Of a stretch of DNA of 64,000 nt, positions 52,271 through 64,000 are shown in pieces (position 1 is the first letter of the stretch; every line of letters begins with the position of its first letter). The notes beneath the pieces were generated by a model that made no database searches, was not told where the DNA came from, and saw nothing but the letters and a program-made list of their open reading frames with translations. A program made the translations under genes and the position numbers. Source of the DNA: Chamaesiphon sp. (GTDB lineage Bacteria > Cyanobacteriota > Cyanobacteriia > Cyanobacteriales > Chamaesiphonaceae); contig CBDFFH010000052.1 of the NCBI GenBank assembly GCA_965246715.1, forward strand, positions 1 through 64,000, in the 5' to 3' direction.

Positions 52271-53389
52271 TTAACTCGATCGATCGACAAAATCTTCGGG
52301 CGATCGACGAGAGACATTAACCGCTTTGCCAGTATCGATCTCGAACCAATGAAGGCGATCGGGTGGTAGGATTAGCCCAATTGTCTCGCGATCCCAATGG
52401 CGATCGCTGGGGATGAGGGCACGAAGGGCGATCTCGCTGGAATGGGTACTTTGAATTTGGATCGTTACTAAATAATGCATCCCTAAATTTTCTGCTAAAG
52501 TTACCCGACCGCGAATAACATTTAGATCTGTTGGTGTGGCAATCCGAATGTGTTCTGGACGAATGCCGAGCACGATCGCATTGGGAACGTTCGCGATCTC
52601 AGTTGGTAGCGGAATTTTGGCATCGCCGAGCATGGCATCATGTTCCGCACAGGGAAGTGTCAGCAAGTTCATCTGCGGACTCCCAACGAATCCAGCGACA
52701 AACAAATTGGCTGGACGATCGTAGATATTTGCTGGCGTGTCTAGTTGACTGACATAACCCTCGTTGAGGACGGCAACTTTGGTCGAGAGGGTCATCGCTT
52801 CGGTTTGGTCGTGGGTAACATAGACAATTGGTACGTTTTGGGTCGCGAATAATTGCTTGAGATCGGCGCGTACCCGTTCGCGTAGCAGTGCATCCAAGTT
52901 ACTCAGCGGTTCGTCGAGCAGAAAGACATCGGGGCGACGCACCAATGCCCGACCTACGGCGATCCGCTGGCGTTGCCCACCAGATAGCTGGGCGGGTTTG
53001 CGCTGCATTAGTTCGTCCAATCCCAGCACTTGCGATACTTCTGCGACACGATGGTTGATTTCGCTCAATGGGAGCTTTTTGAGCTTTAGTCCCGAGCAGA
53101 GATTTTCATATACGGTCATGTGGGGATAGAGGGCGTAGCTTTGAAAGACCATCGCAATATTGCGATCGCCTGGACGCTTGAAGGTGACATCTTCACCACC
53201 GATCGCAATGCGGCCGCGCGTAGGGGTTTCCAGTCCGGCGATCGATCGCAAGACGGTGGATTTACCACAACCGGAGGGGCCGAGTAAGGTGAGGAACTCG
53301 CGATCGTCTACCGTTAAAGTGATGTCTTTGACGGGGATGACTTTGGGGGAATAGGTTTTGTTGAGGTTTTGGATTTCGAGTTTGGGCAT
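52271..53389 (-). CDS. Sugar ABC transporter ATP-binding protein (MalK-like)
   Basis: GPSGCGKS, LSGGQRQR, LLDEP, YVTHDQ. Confidence 0.95.
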   Translation of the reverse strand: MPKLEIQNLNKTYSPKVIPVKDITLTVDDREFLTLLGPSGCGKSTVLRSIAGLETPTRGRIAIGGEDVTFKRPGDRNIAMVFQSYALYPHMTVYENLCSGLKLKKLPLSEINHRVAEVSQVLGLDELMQRKPAQLSGGQRQRIAVGRALVRRPDVFLLDEPLSNLDALLRERVRADLKQLFATQNVPIVYVTHDQTEAMTLSTKVAVLNEGYVSQLDTPANIYDRPANLFVAGFVGSPQMNLLTLPCAEHDAMLGDAKIPLPTEIANVPNAIVLGIRPEHIRIATPTDLNVIRGRVTLAENLGMHYLVTIQIQSTHSSEIALRALIPSDRHWDRETIGLILPPDRLHWFEIDTGKAVNVSRRSPEDFVDRSS

Positions 53390-53395
53390 TTATTT

Positions 53396-54244
53396 CTAAC
53401 CTTTGACGGCTCCGGCGGTAAGACCTTGGACGATTTTGCGTTGGAATAATAAGACCAGGATGACTAGTGGTATTGTCCCGATGACTGTTGCTGCGGCGAT
53501 CGGGCCGTAGGGAATTTCAAAGACGGAAGCACCGCCTAATTGAGCCGCCATCACGGGAATAGTTTTCAGTTCTTCGCGGGTGATGAAGGTGAGGGCAAAA
53601 ATAAACTCGTTCCAGGCAAAGATAAAGGTGAGAATTCCGGTTGTGACGAGGGCTGGCAACGTTAAGGGAAGGAGAATGTGGACGAGCATTTGCCAAGTAT
53701 TGTAGCCATCGACCTTGGCGGCATCTTCTAAATCTTTGGGTAATTGTTGGAAAAAGCTCCGCATTACCAAAATAGCTAGGGGTAAATTAATTGCCGTGTA
53801 GGTAATAATTAAGGCCAGATAATTGTTGCTCAGCCTGAATACCTGAATAATTTCCAATAGTCCCAATAGCAGGAGGATACTGGGAAATAAAGTGACGATT
53901 GTAATGCTGGCGAGGAGCGCGCGTTCGCCCCACAATTGCATTCTGGTAAGTGCGTAAGCTGCTGGGGTACCGAGCGCTAATACCATCACTGTAGACGCGA
54001 TCGAAACGACTGCACTATTCAAGATATACCGCCAAAATGGATAGCGGGTAAATAGCTCGATATAGCGATCGAGTGCGAGCTGCGAGGGGAAGTAAACCGT
54101 GGGAACGGCTGAAATATCGCGATTTAGTTTGAATGAAGTCAGCACTTGCCATAACACTGGCGCAAGGCAAAAGATAATAATGGCAACGATCGCTAATGGT
54201 AGCCAGATCCGCTGGAAGATCGACTGCGGTGCGGGTTGAGTCAT
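53396..54244 (-). CDS. Sugar ABC transporter permease (MalG-like)
   Basis: EAA loop LEDAAKVDG; FAWNEF. Confidence 0.93.
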   Translation of the reverse strand: MTQPAPQSIFQRIWLPLAIVAIIIFCLAPVLWQVLTSFKLNRDISAVPTVYFPSQLALDRYIELFTRYPFWRYILNSAVVSIASTVMVLALGTPAAYALTRMQLWGERALLASITIVTLFPSILLLLGLLEIIQVFRLSNNYLALIITYTAINLPLAILVMRSFFQQLPKDLEDAAKVDGYNTWQMLVHILLPLTLPALVTTGILTFIFAWNEFIFALTFITREELKTIPVMAAQLGGASVFEIPYGPIAAATVIGTIPLVILVLLFQRKIVQGLTAGAVKG

Positions 54245-55179
54245 AGCTTAACTACTCCAGAAGTGCGGCTGCGGGATTTATGCAGTAACCAACTGGCAAT
54301 CGCTACTGTCACTACTAATATTATAAATGTTACAACTACCAAGGCAGCGCCATAACCAAAATCCAAATAGCGCATCGTCGTCGCGTAAATGTACAACGAA
54401 ACTACCTCAGTCGCTCCACCAGGGCCACCGCCAGTCATCACGCTAATTAAATCGAAGATCCCAAACGCCTGGGCGAAGCGAAAGAGTGACGCGATCGCGA
54501 TTTGGGGCATCAGTAGCGGCAGCGTAATCTCCCGAAAGCTTTGCCAGGAAGTTGCCCCATCGATCGCATGGGCTTCATATAGATCGACAGAGATCGATTG
54601 CAATCCTGCTAATAATAAAATACTCGCGAAGGGTGTCGTTTTCCAAATATCGGCAAAGATGACGCTAACCATTGCTAAGGTTGGCTCGCCCAGCCAGTTA
54701 ATCTCAGTTTTAATCAGCCCCAACCTTAAGAGGATGTCATTGACAACGCCAAATTGGTCGTTGAAAATCCACGCCCAGGCTAAGCCAATCAGCGCAGTAG
54801 GTAACGCCCAGGGCAAGATCGCGATCGTCCGCACTAGATTGCGCCCGCGAAATTGGCGGTTGAGGACTAGGGCGATTCCCAAGCCGAGTAATAGTTCCAG
54901 ACAAACAGAGCTAACTGTGAATACCGTCGTCGTGCCAAAGGTTTGCCAGAAGCGACCATCACCTGCCATTCGCGTGTAATTATCTAGTCCTGAAAAGACG
55001 GGTTGGAGTTTGGTACCGAGATTTTTGGTAAATAAACTCAGCCAAAAGGCTCGGCCGATCGGATAGACAAAGACTAACAGCAGTGGGATGAGGGCAGGTA
55101 ATAATAACAACCATCCTGTATGGCGATCGCGGTTCTCTATGCTCGAAATGCCATCAGTGCGGATCGATCGATCTCTCAT
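54241..55179 (-). CDS. Sugar ABC transporter permease (MalF-like)
   Basis: WKTTPF, LYEAHAIDGA, TGGGP. Confidence 0.93.
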   Translation of the reverse strand: MRDRSIRTDGISSIENRDRHTGWLLLLPALIPLLLVFVYPIGRAFWLSLFTKNLGTKLQPVFSGLDNYTRMAGDGRFWQTFGTTTVFTVSSVCLELLLGLGIALVLNRQFRGRNLVRTIAILPWALPTALIGLAWAWIFNDQFGVVNDILLRLGLIKTEINWLGEPTLAMVSVIFADIWKTTPFASILLLAGLQSISVDLYEAHAIDGATSWQSFREITLPLLMPQIAIASLFRFAQAFGIFDLISVMTGGGPGGATEVVSLYIYATTMRYLDFGYGAALVVVTFIILVVTVAIASWLLHKSRSRTSGVVKL

Positions 55180-55262
55180 CTAAACCTCTTAATGGGCGAG
55201 GGGAATGTGGGGAGAAGGTGAGCAGAAGTAATTCAATTCTAACTGCCACCATTCACTATCCC

Positions 55263-56615
55263 TTATCCCCTTCTATTTGCTAACAATTGCCGCGTTTCGC
55301 CTGCCGCAGCCTGCATAGCTCGATCGGGACTCAAGCGATCGGTGAGAGCGGCACTAAGGTAACGTTGCAGAATATCCGATACTTGGGCGTACTGGGCGAT
55401 CGGGGGACGCAGCACGGCAGTTTTTGAGATCTCCAGCAGTTTGGGGTAATACGGGTACTTGGCGACGATCTGCGGATCGGTAAATAATGCGGTGCGGCTG
55501 GGGACATAGCCTGCTGCTAAGATTAATTTCCGCTGTACTGCTTCACTAGTGAAATACTTAATTACCTCCCAGGCTTCCTGGGGATGTCGGGAAGATTTGG
55601 CAATGCCTAAACCCCAACCTCCCAAACAAGCTCCGCCGCCGATTTCATTGGTCTGGCCGAGCGTGGTTTTAATCCCAATTTTGCCCTGAATCGGTGAATC
55701 GGATTTGTTAGCCAACGGCCAAGCATAGGGCCAGCTTCGCATCATTGCAACTCGACCGCTTTGGAACAGGCGACGGGCTTCTTCTTCCTGGTAGGTGGTC
55801 GAGCCTGGGGGTGAAATCCCCAGCCGGAGGGTATCGCGCAAAAAGGCGATCGCTTGGAGAGTTTCCGGGCGATCTAGTCCCACTTCCAGCGAATCGGATT
55901 TGACCCAATAACCACCAAAACCCTGGAGTACTTCGACGAACATGGCTACCAATCCCTCATATTGGCGACCTTGCCAAACGTAGCCCCAATCGATCTTGCC
56001 AGCTTGTTTGAGCGTGCGCGCGATCGCGATCGTCTCGGCAAATGTTTGTGGGGGCTTGAGTCCAGCAGCTGCAAGCAAATCCGTACGGTAGTAAAGTACG
56101 CCCAGATCGGAGCGAATGGGAATGCGGTAGAGTTTGCCCTCAAAGCGTCCCGCGTCGATATCTTTGGGCGAAAAAGCCGCAATCTCGGCTGTGGTGAGGC
56201 GATCGGATAAATCTCGCAACCACCCCGCCGCCGCAAATTTTGATGTCCATACGACATCCATATTCACCAGATCGTAGGGAGAATCGCCCAATAAAAATGA
56301 TGAAGTATAGAGATCTTCGACCAGATTGACCGCATTCGGCCCCTCAACTAGATTGAGGCGGATGTGCGCGTGTGTTTTCTCGAAATCGGCAATTAAACCT
56401 TGCTTCCACGGTTGGGCATCGGGTGTTGTCATCAGCACGGCAAGAGTTATCGGCTGCTGACTCGAAGCTGTCCAGGCAAATAATCCCAGCCCGAACAGCA
56501 ACACGATCGGGAGAATCGCTCGCGGCCAGACGCGATGCTTTGGCGATCGAGCTAGTGCGTTATGCTGCGACATTACTAAAAAATTGCTCCTATCGATTGT
56601 TGACAGTTGCGACAA
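55263..56615 (-). CDS. Sugar ABC transporter substrate-binding protein (start uncertain, possibly 56573)
   Basis: MDVVW, LYYRTDLL, QGRQYEGL, MRSWPY, LGGWGL. Confidence 0.92.
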   Translation of the reverse strand: MSQLSTIDRSNFLVMSQHNALARSPKHRVWPRAILPIVLLFGLGLFAWTASSQQPITLAVLMTTPDAQPWKQGLIADFEKTHAHIRLNLVEGPNAVNLVEDLYTSSFLLGDSPYDLVNMDVVWTSKFAAAGWLRDLSDRLTTAEIAAFSPKDIDAGRFEGKLYRIPIRSDLGVLYYRTDLLAAAGLKPPQTFAETIAIARTLKQAGKIDWGYVWQGRQYEGLVAMFVEVLQGFGGYWVKSDSLEVGLDRPETLQAIAFLRDTLRLGISPPGSTTYQEEEARRLFQSGRVAMMRSWPYAWPLANKSDSPIQGKIGIKTTLGQTNEIGGGACLGGWGLGIAKSSRHPQEAWEVIKYFTSEAVQRKLILAAGYVPSRTALFTDPQIVAKYPYYPKLLEISKTAVLRPPIAQYAQVSDILQRYLSAALTDRLSPDRAMQAAAGETRQLLANRRG

Positions 56616-56992
56616 ATTTAAGAGCTTAACTACTCCATTTCTTTGGTCTACGATGTCGATCGGGAATGAGGTAAGTCTTTGGTGGAGCCGCTCGATCGGC
56701 TAAATTAAACTAGATAGCTTGTCTGAGTTAGCACGAATCTATGGTGAAAATTTTCGATGTGTCGTCCCCGCAGCGATCGAGAAGTAATGCGTGAGAGCTA
56801 TATAACTAATTTTAAGCTGATTTGTAGAGCAGATACCCTTAACAGTGACGATCGGATTTCCTGCTCGCTCTACCCCGTTGTCAAAATTTTGAAGTTGGAA
56901 TTGCTGTAAAGTGACCGTATTTTTTGACACACTAGCAGAGCCGTGATATTATTGTAGATTGTGTTAACTTTATTCAGATAGACTAGCAATAA

Positions 56993-58342
<1,350 letters not shown>

Positions 58343-58391
58343 AAGCTCTCATTCAAACATTGAAAATTCACCAAATAATTACGAGAAAATT

Positions 58392-58682
58392 ATGGAACTC
58401 GCAGTCGAATTGAAACAACGCGTTGCTGGTAGCAAACCAAATGCACTCCGCCGCTCCGGTCATATCCCTGTCAATCTTTACGGTCACGACGGCAACAAAT
58501 CGCTCTTACTAACACTCGATGCTAAAAGCGTCGAAAATTTAATTAAGAAAGCTAGAATCAACAAAACTCCAGTTGAAGTTAGCATTCCAGAATTATCTTG
58601 GAAAGGCACGACTGTCATTAAGGAAATCCAAACTCACCCTTGGAAAAACTTCCCTTATCACTTGAGCTTTTTTGCGGTGTAG
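58392..58682 (+). CDS. rplY: 50S ribosomal protein L25 (short form)
   Basis: ALRRSGHIPVNLYG, KEIQTHP..HLSF. Confidence 0.92.
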   Translation: MELAVELKQRVAGSKPNALRRSGHIPVNLYGHDGNKSLLLTLDAKSVENLIKKARINKTPVEVSIPELSWKGTTVIKEIQTHPWKNFPYHLSFFAV

Positions 58683-58701
58683 TATCCGTCCCCAGCCCTG
58701 A

Positions 58702-58804
58702 CCCACCCCACCCGATCGGGCACCCCTCTCTTGAAAAGGTGCTTAACTTGGGGAAACCCCAAGACCGCACTTTTCGCTCCTCGGAGGGGAATGAACAGAG
58801 GGGA
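58702..58804. repeat. Nested small dispersed repeats between convergent rplY and cynS
   Basis: CACCCCTCTC..CAGAGGGGA encloses a CTTGGGGAAACCCCAAG hairpin and CTCCTCGGAGGGGAA, which also occurs inverted at 45381-45395. Confidence 0.55.
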
Positions 58805-58869
58805 TAGTAAAAAGAGGCAGATCTTTCGATCGGCCTCTTTTCTATTTATTAACGATCGATCTCGCTCGA

Positions 58870-59316
58870 TTACCATTTCTTATAGGGCAAAAATTTACCA
58901 TTCATTGTCACTTTTACCCGATCGCCTTTAGGATCTTCTACCTTCTCGATATCTAGCGTAAAGTCGATCGCGCTCATAATGCCATCGCCGAATTTTTCCT
59001 GAACGATGTCCTTCATTGGATAGCCATACACCTGCATGATTTCATAAAAGCGATAAATGAACGGATCTGTTGGTACTACTGGCCCTAAGCCTTTGCTGGG
59101 ATAGTCCGTCAGCGCGGTTACTATATCTTCACCCAATCCCAATACTTCCACCAACTTCTGTGCGGTTTCCGAGGAAGTAGTATTTTGGCCATAAAACACC
59201 GACGCAATCCACACTTCATCGTATCCCAACAATTTTTCCAGATCGCCAAAGCTCAACCCCTTGGACTTTTTGGCAGCTAGCAAGGTCTGCGTAAATGTTG
59301 GAAATTCTACTGTCAT
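58870..59316 (-). CDS. cynS: Cyanate hydratase (cyanase)
   Basis: [30 protein letters not shown]. Confidence 0.96.
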   Translation of the reverse strand: MTVEFPTFTQTLLAAKKSKGLSFGDLEKLLGYDEVWIASVFYGQNTTSSETAQKLVEVLGLGEDIVTALTDYPSKGLGPVVPTDPFIYRFYEIMQVYGYPMKDIVQEKFGDGIMSAIDFTLDIEKVEDPKGDRVKVTMNGKFLPYKKW

Positions 59317-59440
59317 ATTCTCTTAGTATTGTGGTCACTCAACTGTAAACCGCGATCGCACTTGGATTGTGTAACTATACATACAGAAAAAAGCTGGACA
59401 AGCGTATTTCAAATCTTGTAAGTAGGCGGTGCAGTAGACA

Positions 59441-59717
59441 CTAATCTAATTTCTTTTGTAAAAATAGCGCATCACCCATTGGCGGAGCGAGTTGATAACT
59501 CTCAAAGCCAAAATTAGTATACGCAGCTCTAGCTGGTGTATTGCCCGATAAGACTTCTAATGTCAATTTACAACATCCCCGCGATCGAGCGACTTGTTCG
59601 GCTTTAGCAAACATCATTTTTGAGATACCCTGCCCGCGATATTCTGGTACCACAATGACATCGTGAATATTTAATAATGGCCGACAAGAAAATGTTGAAA
59701 ATCCTTCGATACAGACG
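59441..59717 (-). pseudogene. GNAT acetyltransferase, 5'-truncated
   Basis: VCIEGFSTFSCRPLLNIHDVIVVPEYRGQG..CCKLTLEVLSGN; the N-terminus is missing beyond a small insertion at 59718. Confidence 0.8.
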
Positions 59718-59823
59718 CAAAGCGTACCCTGTAGAGAATCGCGTTAAATTATTCGACATCTAGTATTATCGATCGCTTGTTTAGAGTTACGCTAAAACAA
59801 TAAAATTTGCCACGAGTCGATCG

Positions 59824-60729
59824 ATGTCACAAATTACAGGTACGACAAAATTATTAGGTGTAATTGGCAATCCGATCGCACATTCCCTTTCGCCAGTCAT
59901 TCACAATGCCGCGATCTCGAATTTAGGCTTAGATTGTGTGTATGTGGCATTTCCCATAACTCCTATCAATTTAGCTACCGCGCTAAAAGGCTTCATTGCA
60001 ATTGACGTAATCGGCTGTAGCGTTACCATTCCTCACAAACAAGCCATTATCCCACTCTTAGCGAGCGTCACTCCTCTCGCTAGGGCGGTAGGCGCTGTCA
60101 ATACCATCCGAAACACCAAAGATGGGTGGGAGGGGACGAATACCGATGTGGCGGGCTTTATCAGTCCGCTAGCGGCAATAGCACGGGACTGGACACAGAT
60201 GACGGCGATAATCTTGGGAAATGGCGGTGCGGCACGAGCAGTAGTCGCAGGCTGCCACCAGTTAGGGTGCGGCAAAATTCAGGTGGTGGGTAGAGATGCC
60301 ACCAAGTTAGCTGAATTCGAACACAGTTGGCAAGATATTCAGTTGGCAACAAATAGTAGTAATATTCCACTGTCTGTTAATTTTCAAACCTATTTATGGG
60401 ATGAATTATTAACTCTAATTACTACTGAAAATCTGTTGCTAATTAATAGTACGCCGATCGGGATGCACCCGCATCTGGAAGATAGTCCGATCGGTGCCGA
60501 GCTGATGCGGGGACTACAACCAGGAGCGATCGTCTATGACTTGATTTATACGCCCAGTCCGACTAAATTTTTAGAATTAGCTAAAGATTCTGGGGCAATC
60601 GCGATCGATGGTGTTGAGATGTTAGTAAATCAAGGTGCTGTTGCTTTTGAATGGTGGTTATCAGCAACCGCTCCAGTTAAAATTATGCGGCAAGCTTTAC
60701 TCGATCGGTTGAAAATCAAGGATTGTTAG
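59824..60729 (+). CDS. aroE: Shikimate dehydrogenase
   Basis: HSLSP, VTIPHK, GAVNT, NTD, GNGGAARA, YDLIY. Confidence 0.96.
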   Translation: MSQITGTTKLLGVIGNPIAHSLSPVIHNAAISNLGLDCVYVAFPITPINLATALKGFIAIDVIGCSVTIPHKQAIIPLLASVTPLARAVGAVNTIRNTKDGWEGTNTDVAGFISPLAAIARDWTQMTAIILGNGGAARAVVAGCHQLGCGKIQVVGRDATKLAEFEHSWQDIQLATNSSNIPLSVNFQTYLWDELLTLITTENLLLINSTPIGMHPHLEDSPIGAELMRGLQPGAIVYDLIYTPSPTKFLELAKDSGAIAIDGVEMLVNQGAVAFEWWLSATAPVKIMRQALLDRLKIKDC

Positions 60730-60825
60730 CCCGATCGTGCTTGCTACAATAGCGCTGACGATCGGGAGGTATTATCACTCTGTAAAATAGGAGTAATAAA
60801 CCCCAACCAATCGCAAAATCCACCG

Positions 60826-61137
60826 ATGATAACTTGCTACCTTCGATATGTTGTCGATCCCTTGAAGCTCAATGAATTCGAGTACTATGGCAAACTATGG
60901 ATGCCATTAGTAGAAAAGTTCGGCGGGAAGCATCATGGGTATTTCCTGCCGCATGAAGGGGCGAATAATATCGCGCTGGCGCTATTTTCCTTTAAGAGTC
61001 TGGCGGCTTATGAAGAATATCGTGAGAATGCCGCCCTAGATCCCGAATGTCAGGCAGCAATGGCGTATGCCAGAGAAACGGCTTGCTTCTTGAGTTACGA
61101 GCGTTCGTTCATGCGTCCGATGTTCCAAGAATTTTGA
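60826..61137 (+). CDS. NIPSNAP-family protein
   Basis: ITCYLRYVVDP, HHGYFLPHEGANNIALALFSF. Confidence 0.85.
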   Translation: MITCYLRYVVDPLKLNEFEYYGKLWMPLVEKFGGKHHGYFLPHEGANNIALALFSFKSLAAYEEYRENAALDPECQAAMAYARETACFLSYERSFMRPMFQEF

Positions 61138-61290
61138 TTGGCACTGGAACAAATCGATTTTGTAGATACGTTCCACCCGCATGGCTCAAACCGATCCTCA
61201 TTCACGAGCATTAATAAGTTTCCGACGGTCGATCGACTGCGATCGACTGTGATTTGTTAGGCTAGATCGATCGCTAACTTGGAGCTGCTC

Positions 61291-62838
61291 ATGATTACAA
61301 CCGAATCCTCCCCTTTAAAGTTAGCCCAGATCCGTTCGGGACTGCCCAATATTTGCGGTTGGGAAGCAGAGATTGCGAAGGCGGTAAATCACACCGCACC
61401 AGTTTTCCTGCCGACAACCAATCTCAACCTAGCCGATATGACTGCTGGCTTTGCATGTGCGCTGCACATGCACCAACCCACCATCCCGGCTGGCTCGCAG
61501 GGCGAACTTATCGGACATCTACAATACATGTTCGAGCATCAAGGTGAAGGCGACAATCACAATGCCGATGTCTTTGCCTGGTGTTATGCCAGGATGGGTG
61601 AATTTATCCCTGATTTAGTTGCCCAAGGTTGCAATCCTCGGATTATGTTGGACTATTCTGGCAACCTGTTATGGGGGTTGCACCAGATGGGGCGAGATGA
61701 TGTGTTAAACCACCTCAAACGGATTACCTGCGATCCGCTGTATCAGCCGCATGTCGAATGGCTGGGGACGATGTGGAGCCACGCTGTAGTGCCATCGACA
61801 CCGATTCCCGATCTCAAATTACAGATCCAAGCATGGCAACAGTATTTTGCCACAATCTTTGGGATCGACGCGCTCAAGCGCGTAAAGGGGTTTTCACCGC
61901 CAGAGATGCACCTCCCCAATCATCCTGATGTGCTGTATGAATATATCAAAGCCCTAAAAGAATGTGGCTATCGCTGGCTGATGGTACAGGAGCATTCCGT
62001 CGAGCGTTTGGATGGTACGAGCTTGCATCACTCCGATAAATATGTCCCCAATCGACTTGTCGCGCGCAATTCTCAGGGCGAAACAATTGCGATTACGGCA
62101 TTAATTAAAACTCAGGGTTCGGATACGAAATTAGTCGCCCAGATGCAGCCCTATTATGAGGCAAAAAGTCTGGGCAAGCAGCAACTCGGCGGGATCTCGA
62201 TTCCCCCCTTAGTTACCCAAATTGCCGATGGCGAGAACGGCGGTGTAATGATGAATGAATTTCCGCGCGACTTTCCCCGCCCGTGGCAAGAAATACGCGG
62301 GCAAAAGAATGGCGTAGTCGGCTGTAATGGGACGGAATATCTAGAACTGCTTGCTGCTGCAGGCGTGAGCAAAGAAGATTATCCAGTCTGTCAGGGCGTG
62401 CAACAACATAAAATCTGGCAACGAGTCGATCCCACACATGCGACTACCCAATTAGTAGCAGCTGCGATCGATTCGTTAACAGCTACCGACCATCAATTTA
62501 GTATGGATGGGGCTTCCTGGACGAGCAATCTCAGTTGGGTGCAGGGATATGACAATGTGCTGGAACCGATGACTCGACTCAGTGCCTTATTTCACCAAAA
62601 ATTCGATCCGCTAGTAGCGGCAGATGCAACGGTGACACAGCGATCGGATTATCAAGCAGCTTTACTCTACAATTTACTCGTGCAAACCAGTTGTTTTCGT
62701 TATTGGGGGCAGGGGACTTGGACAGAGTACGCTCAAGAATTATATCGGCGCGGCTTGGAATTAGTGACAGCCGACGAAGCACCGATCCCCATCCGCAACA
62801 GCGGTATCGGCTTCCAAGATAATCCCGCAATTATCTAA
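61291..62838 (+). CDS. Glycoside hydrolase family 57-like protein
   Basis: LHMHQP, LDYSG, GFSPPEM, ADGENGG, TSCFRYWG. Confidence 0.85.
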   Translation: MITTESSPLKLAQIRSGLPNICGWEAEIAKAVNHTAPVFLPTTNLNLADMTAGFACALHMHQPTIPAGSQGELIGHLQYMFEHQGEGDNHNADVFAWCYARMGEFIPDLVAQGCNPRIMLDYSGNLLWGLHQMGRDDVLNHLKRITCDPLYQPHVEWLGTMWSHAVVPSTPIPDLKLQIQAWQQYFATIFGIDALKRVKGFSPPEMHLPNHPDVLYEYIKALKECGYRWLMVQEHSVERLDGTSLHHSDKYVPNRLVARNSQGETIAITALIKTQGSDTKLVAQMQPYYEAKSLGKQQLGGISIPPLVTQIADGENGGVMMNEFPRDFPRPWQEIRGQKNGVVGCNGTEYLELLAAAGVSKEDYPVCQGVQQHKIWQRVDPTHATTQLVAAAIDSLTATDHQFSMDGASWTSNLSWVQGYDNVLEPMTRLSALFHQKFDPLVAADATVTQRSDYQAALLYNLLVQTSCFRYWGQGTWTEYAQELYRRGLELVTADEAPIPIRNSGIGFQDNPAII

Positions 62839-62974
62839 TTGATACTACCGTAGGGTGGAGCATAACAATCGCTCAAATCCCTGCGGCTCGGTCTGTTTAA
62901 TCGATCGATAGTACTGGATTGGGATATGAAAGAGTAAATATCTTGATAAGTTAATATTAACTAAAAGATTAATT

Positions 62975-63319
62975 ATGGATGTAGTCGCTAGCATTATTGA
63001 GCTAAAACCAAACTCTCTAGATCGAGTAGAAGAATGGGCTACAACACTCAACAAGTGTGCAGATGAAGCTATTGCAACGCTACAGGATGAAGGTGTGAGA
63101 ATAGAGTCTTGGTTTCACTTGTCACTTGATGATAAGGATTATTTGCTCTGCTATATGCGTGCAGAATCCATGGAAAAAGCGCACCAGGTTGTACGATTCT
63201 CGCCTCATGCCATCGATGCATACCATCAGCAATTCAAGAAAGATACGTGGGGAGTTAGAAAATCTGCGCGGCTTTTAGTCGATCTCATTGATGGTAATAG
63301 CTCAGAACGAGCAGATTGA
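62975..63319 (+). CDS. DUF6176-like small protein
   Basis: EAIATLQDEGVRIESWF..YLLCYM..IDAYHQQFK. Confidence 0.7.
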   Translation: MDVVASIIELKPNSLDRVEEWATTLNKCADEAIATLQDEGVRIESWFHLSLDDKDYLLCYMRAESMEKAHQVVRFSPHAIDAYHQQFKKDTWGVRKSARLLVDLIDGNSSERAD

Positions 63320-63491
63320 AGTCGCAGCCTTATCCTAATGTAAGAAATATTAATGGTCTAGCTACACATTAGGGCGAATGGTCGGCACACGGGCTGTGAT
63401 GCTTAGTCTACAAGCAAACTCTCAATTTGAGGGCGTTAGATAGACAGATATTCAGTAACTTTTATGCTTTCCTAAAACCTAGCAGTCAAGA

Positions 63492-64000
63492 TTATGCATT
63501 GACACTAATTTTATTTAAGATCTGTAAATTCTGGAGATCGCCGATGCGATCGGGCATTGCTAGTAGTGGATTATCTTCGATATCTAGATATTCTAGGGCG
63601 GATAAGTTCTCGATCGCTAGTGGCAAAACTTCAATATCGTTACTTTTTAGTAGTAAATACTGTAAATTAACTAAAGCTGATACGCTATTTGGTAACGACT
63701 TAATTTTAGTGTATTCGATTATTAACGATCGAAGATTTATCAAATCACCCAGCGACTCTGGTAAATACTGCAAGTTGCTTCGGCAAATTGCTAGTGTCTG
63801 AAGATTGTGTAAATTACCGATCGTGTGAGGTAGTGTCTCGATCGCGGTCGAGTCAATTGCTAATTGTTTGAGATTGGTTAGACTACCGATAATAGCTGGT
63901 AATTCTGTTAGATCCCATCCGGAGATCGTCAGCATCTCTAAACTAGTGGCTCGATTGAGGATCGTGGGGATGTTGCTATTGTCGCAATTTTCTAAGCTCA
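63492..64000 (-). CDS. Leucine-rich repeat protein (5' end outside window)
   Basis: LPxxIGxLxxLxxL repeats; the frame is open to the window edge. Confidence 0.88.
   Translation of the reverse strand, partial: SLENCDNSNIPTILNRATSLEMLTISGWDLTELPAIIGSLTNLKQLAIDSTAIETLPHTIGNLHNLQTLAICRSNLQYLPESLGDLINLRSLIIEYTKIKSLPNSVSALVNLQYLLLKSNDIEVLPLAIENLSALEYLDIEDNPLLAMPDRIGDLQNLQILNKISVNA

Noticed and set aside
63320..63445. attC-like site after the DUF6176-like gene (GTTAGAT at 63434)
   Set aside because: No matching RYYYAAC inverse core; only a weak CCTAATGT/ACATTAGG hairpin.

Overview
This is 64 kb of cyanobacterial chromosome. The evidence is psbD/psbC, ycf3, desC, pentapeptide and TPR-protease families, and very dense HIP1-type GCGATCGC/CGATCG sites; the style suggests Chamaesiphon, but that is inference. 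Most of the window is housekeeping: moeB, a cysteine desulfurase, rbfA, a stand-alone EF-G, psbD, psbC, thiC with a TPP riboswitch, eno, gloA, ycf3, gatC, dps, tRNA-Gly(TCC), desC, mscL, a sugar ABC transporter, purA, rplY, cynS and aroE. Five accessory features stand out. (1) At 41.8-44.7 kb is a compact RiPP-like locus: a signal-peptide-bearing small protein with repeated F-V-K motifs, an unannotated second copy of that core, a radical SAM/SPASM-type enzyme, and an overlapping HxD...H protein of unknown family. This is the best candidate for an undescribed system. (2) At 20-25 kb is a toxin-antitoxin island whose modules are bordered by a conserved GTAG-led hairpin repeat. (3) psbD and psbC do not overlap as they normally do; they are separated by a terminator-like hairpin and a relic of the psbD 3' end. 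(4) An orphan RelE/ParE-like gene has a highly structured leader. (5) A PP2C-vWA-FHA operon lacks a kinase. The window also holds IS5 and IS630 elements, MITE/REP-like repeats and tiny insertions into CGATCG sites. Several 1-2 nt frameshifts, including one in psbD, may be assembly errors. No CRISPR array or rRNA was seen. All family assignments come from motif recognition, not database searches.
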